A DNA stretch of 37,841 bases from an uncultured Verrucomicrobiales bacterium (GTDB lineage: Bacteria; Verrucomicrobiota; Verrucomicrobiia; Verrucomicrobiales; DEV007): assembly GCA_938091905.1 (NCBI GenBank), contig CALKOM010000075.1, positions 1-37,841 on the forward strand, written 5' to 3'. Below, piece after piece: positions 37,550 through 37,841 of this stretch; within the stretch, counting starts at the first letter, position 1; every line of letters begins with the position of its first letter. The notes under the pieces are model-generated. The model did not search any database and was not told where the DNA came from. It saw nothing but the letters and a program-made list of their open reading frames with translations. Position numbers and translations under genes: made by a program.

Positions 37550-37841
37550 GGTCTAGAGCTGGCCATCGTTGGCATAAGCCCCCAGCTTCAATCGGCCATC
37601 CGAGGAAGGCTATACTATTCAACGATTGTCATGAGATTTTTGGGAATAGACGCAGGGTTCCAAAGAATTCTCGAAAAGTGCTCGGATCATCGAACGTAGC
37701 CTAGGGCTAATCCATTAATTCAGATTTTCACCCAAGTGCTTATAGCCCAGAGGTTTAGAAACGATTCGAAGTGAGAAGCTTTACGCTCGCGGCGGAGTTC
37801 CAATCTTGTCCACCGCCCCATTCTAGCAAAGACGTTTTCAA

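Noticed and set aside
37550..37841. Gene or repeat at the window end
   Set aside because: Only short ORFs and weak hairpins (e.g. TAGCCTAGGGCTA) with no recognisable family.

Overview
Accessory region of a GC-rich PVC-superphylum bacterium (Verrucomicrobia/Planctomycetes inferred from gene content). It holds three DUF1592-type (PSD) di-haem cytochrome c proteins, three twin-arginine DUF1552 proteins, an ECF sigma/anti-sigma pair, three intact sulfatases, two DUF1080 proteins (one fused to LamG), a CE4 deacetylase, a PQQ-type beta-propeller, an RND efflux trio with a divergent outer-membrane factor, an AbgT-family transporter and an alpha/beta hydrolase. A frameshifted IS200-like/REP-associated Y1 (HUH) transposase sits inside one DUF1552-DUF1592 operon, bracketed by three-hairpin repeat units with variable spacers. 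Two more palindromic repeat families are dispersed in the window. Many intergenic spaces are mosaics of gene remnants (ECF sigma, TauE, three sulfatase N-termini, VapC C-terminus, a DUF1592 internal fragment, an IS91-like C-terminus, a HAD hydrolase). No rRNA, tRNA or CRISPR-Cas was seen. All family calls come from motif recognition by eye, not from database searches.
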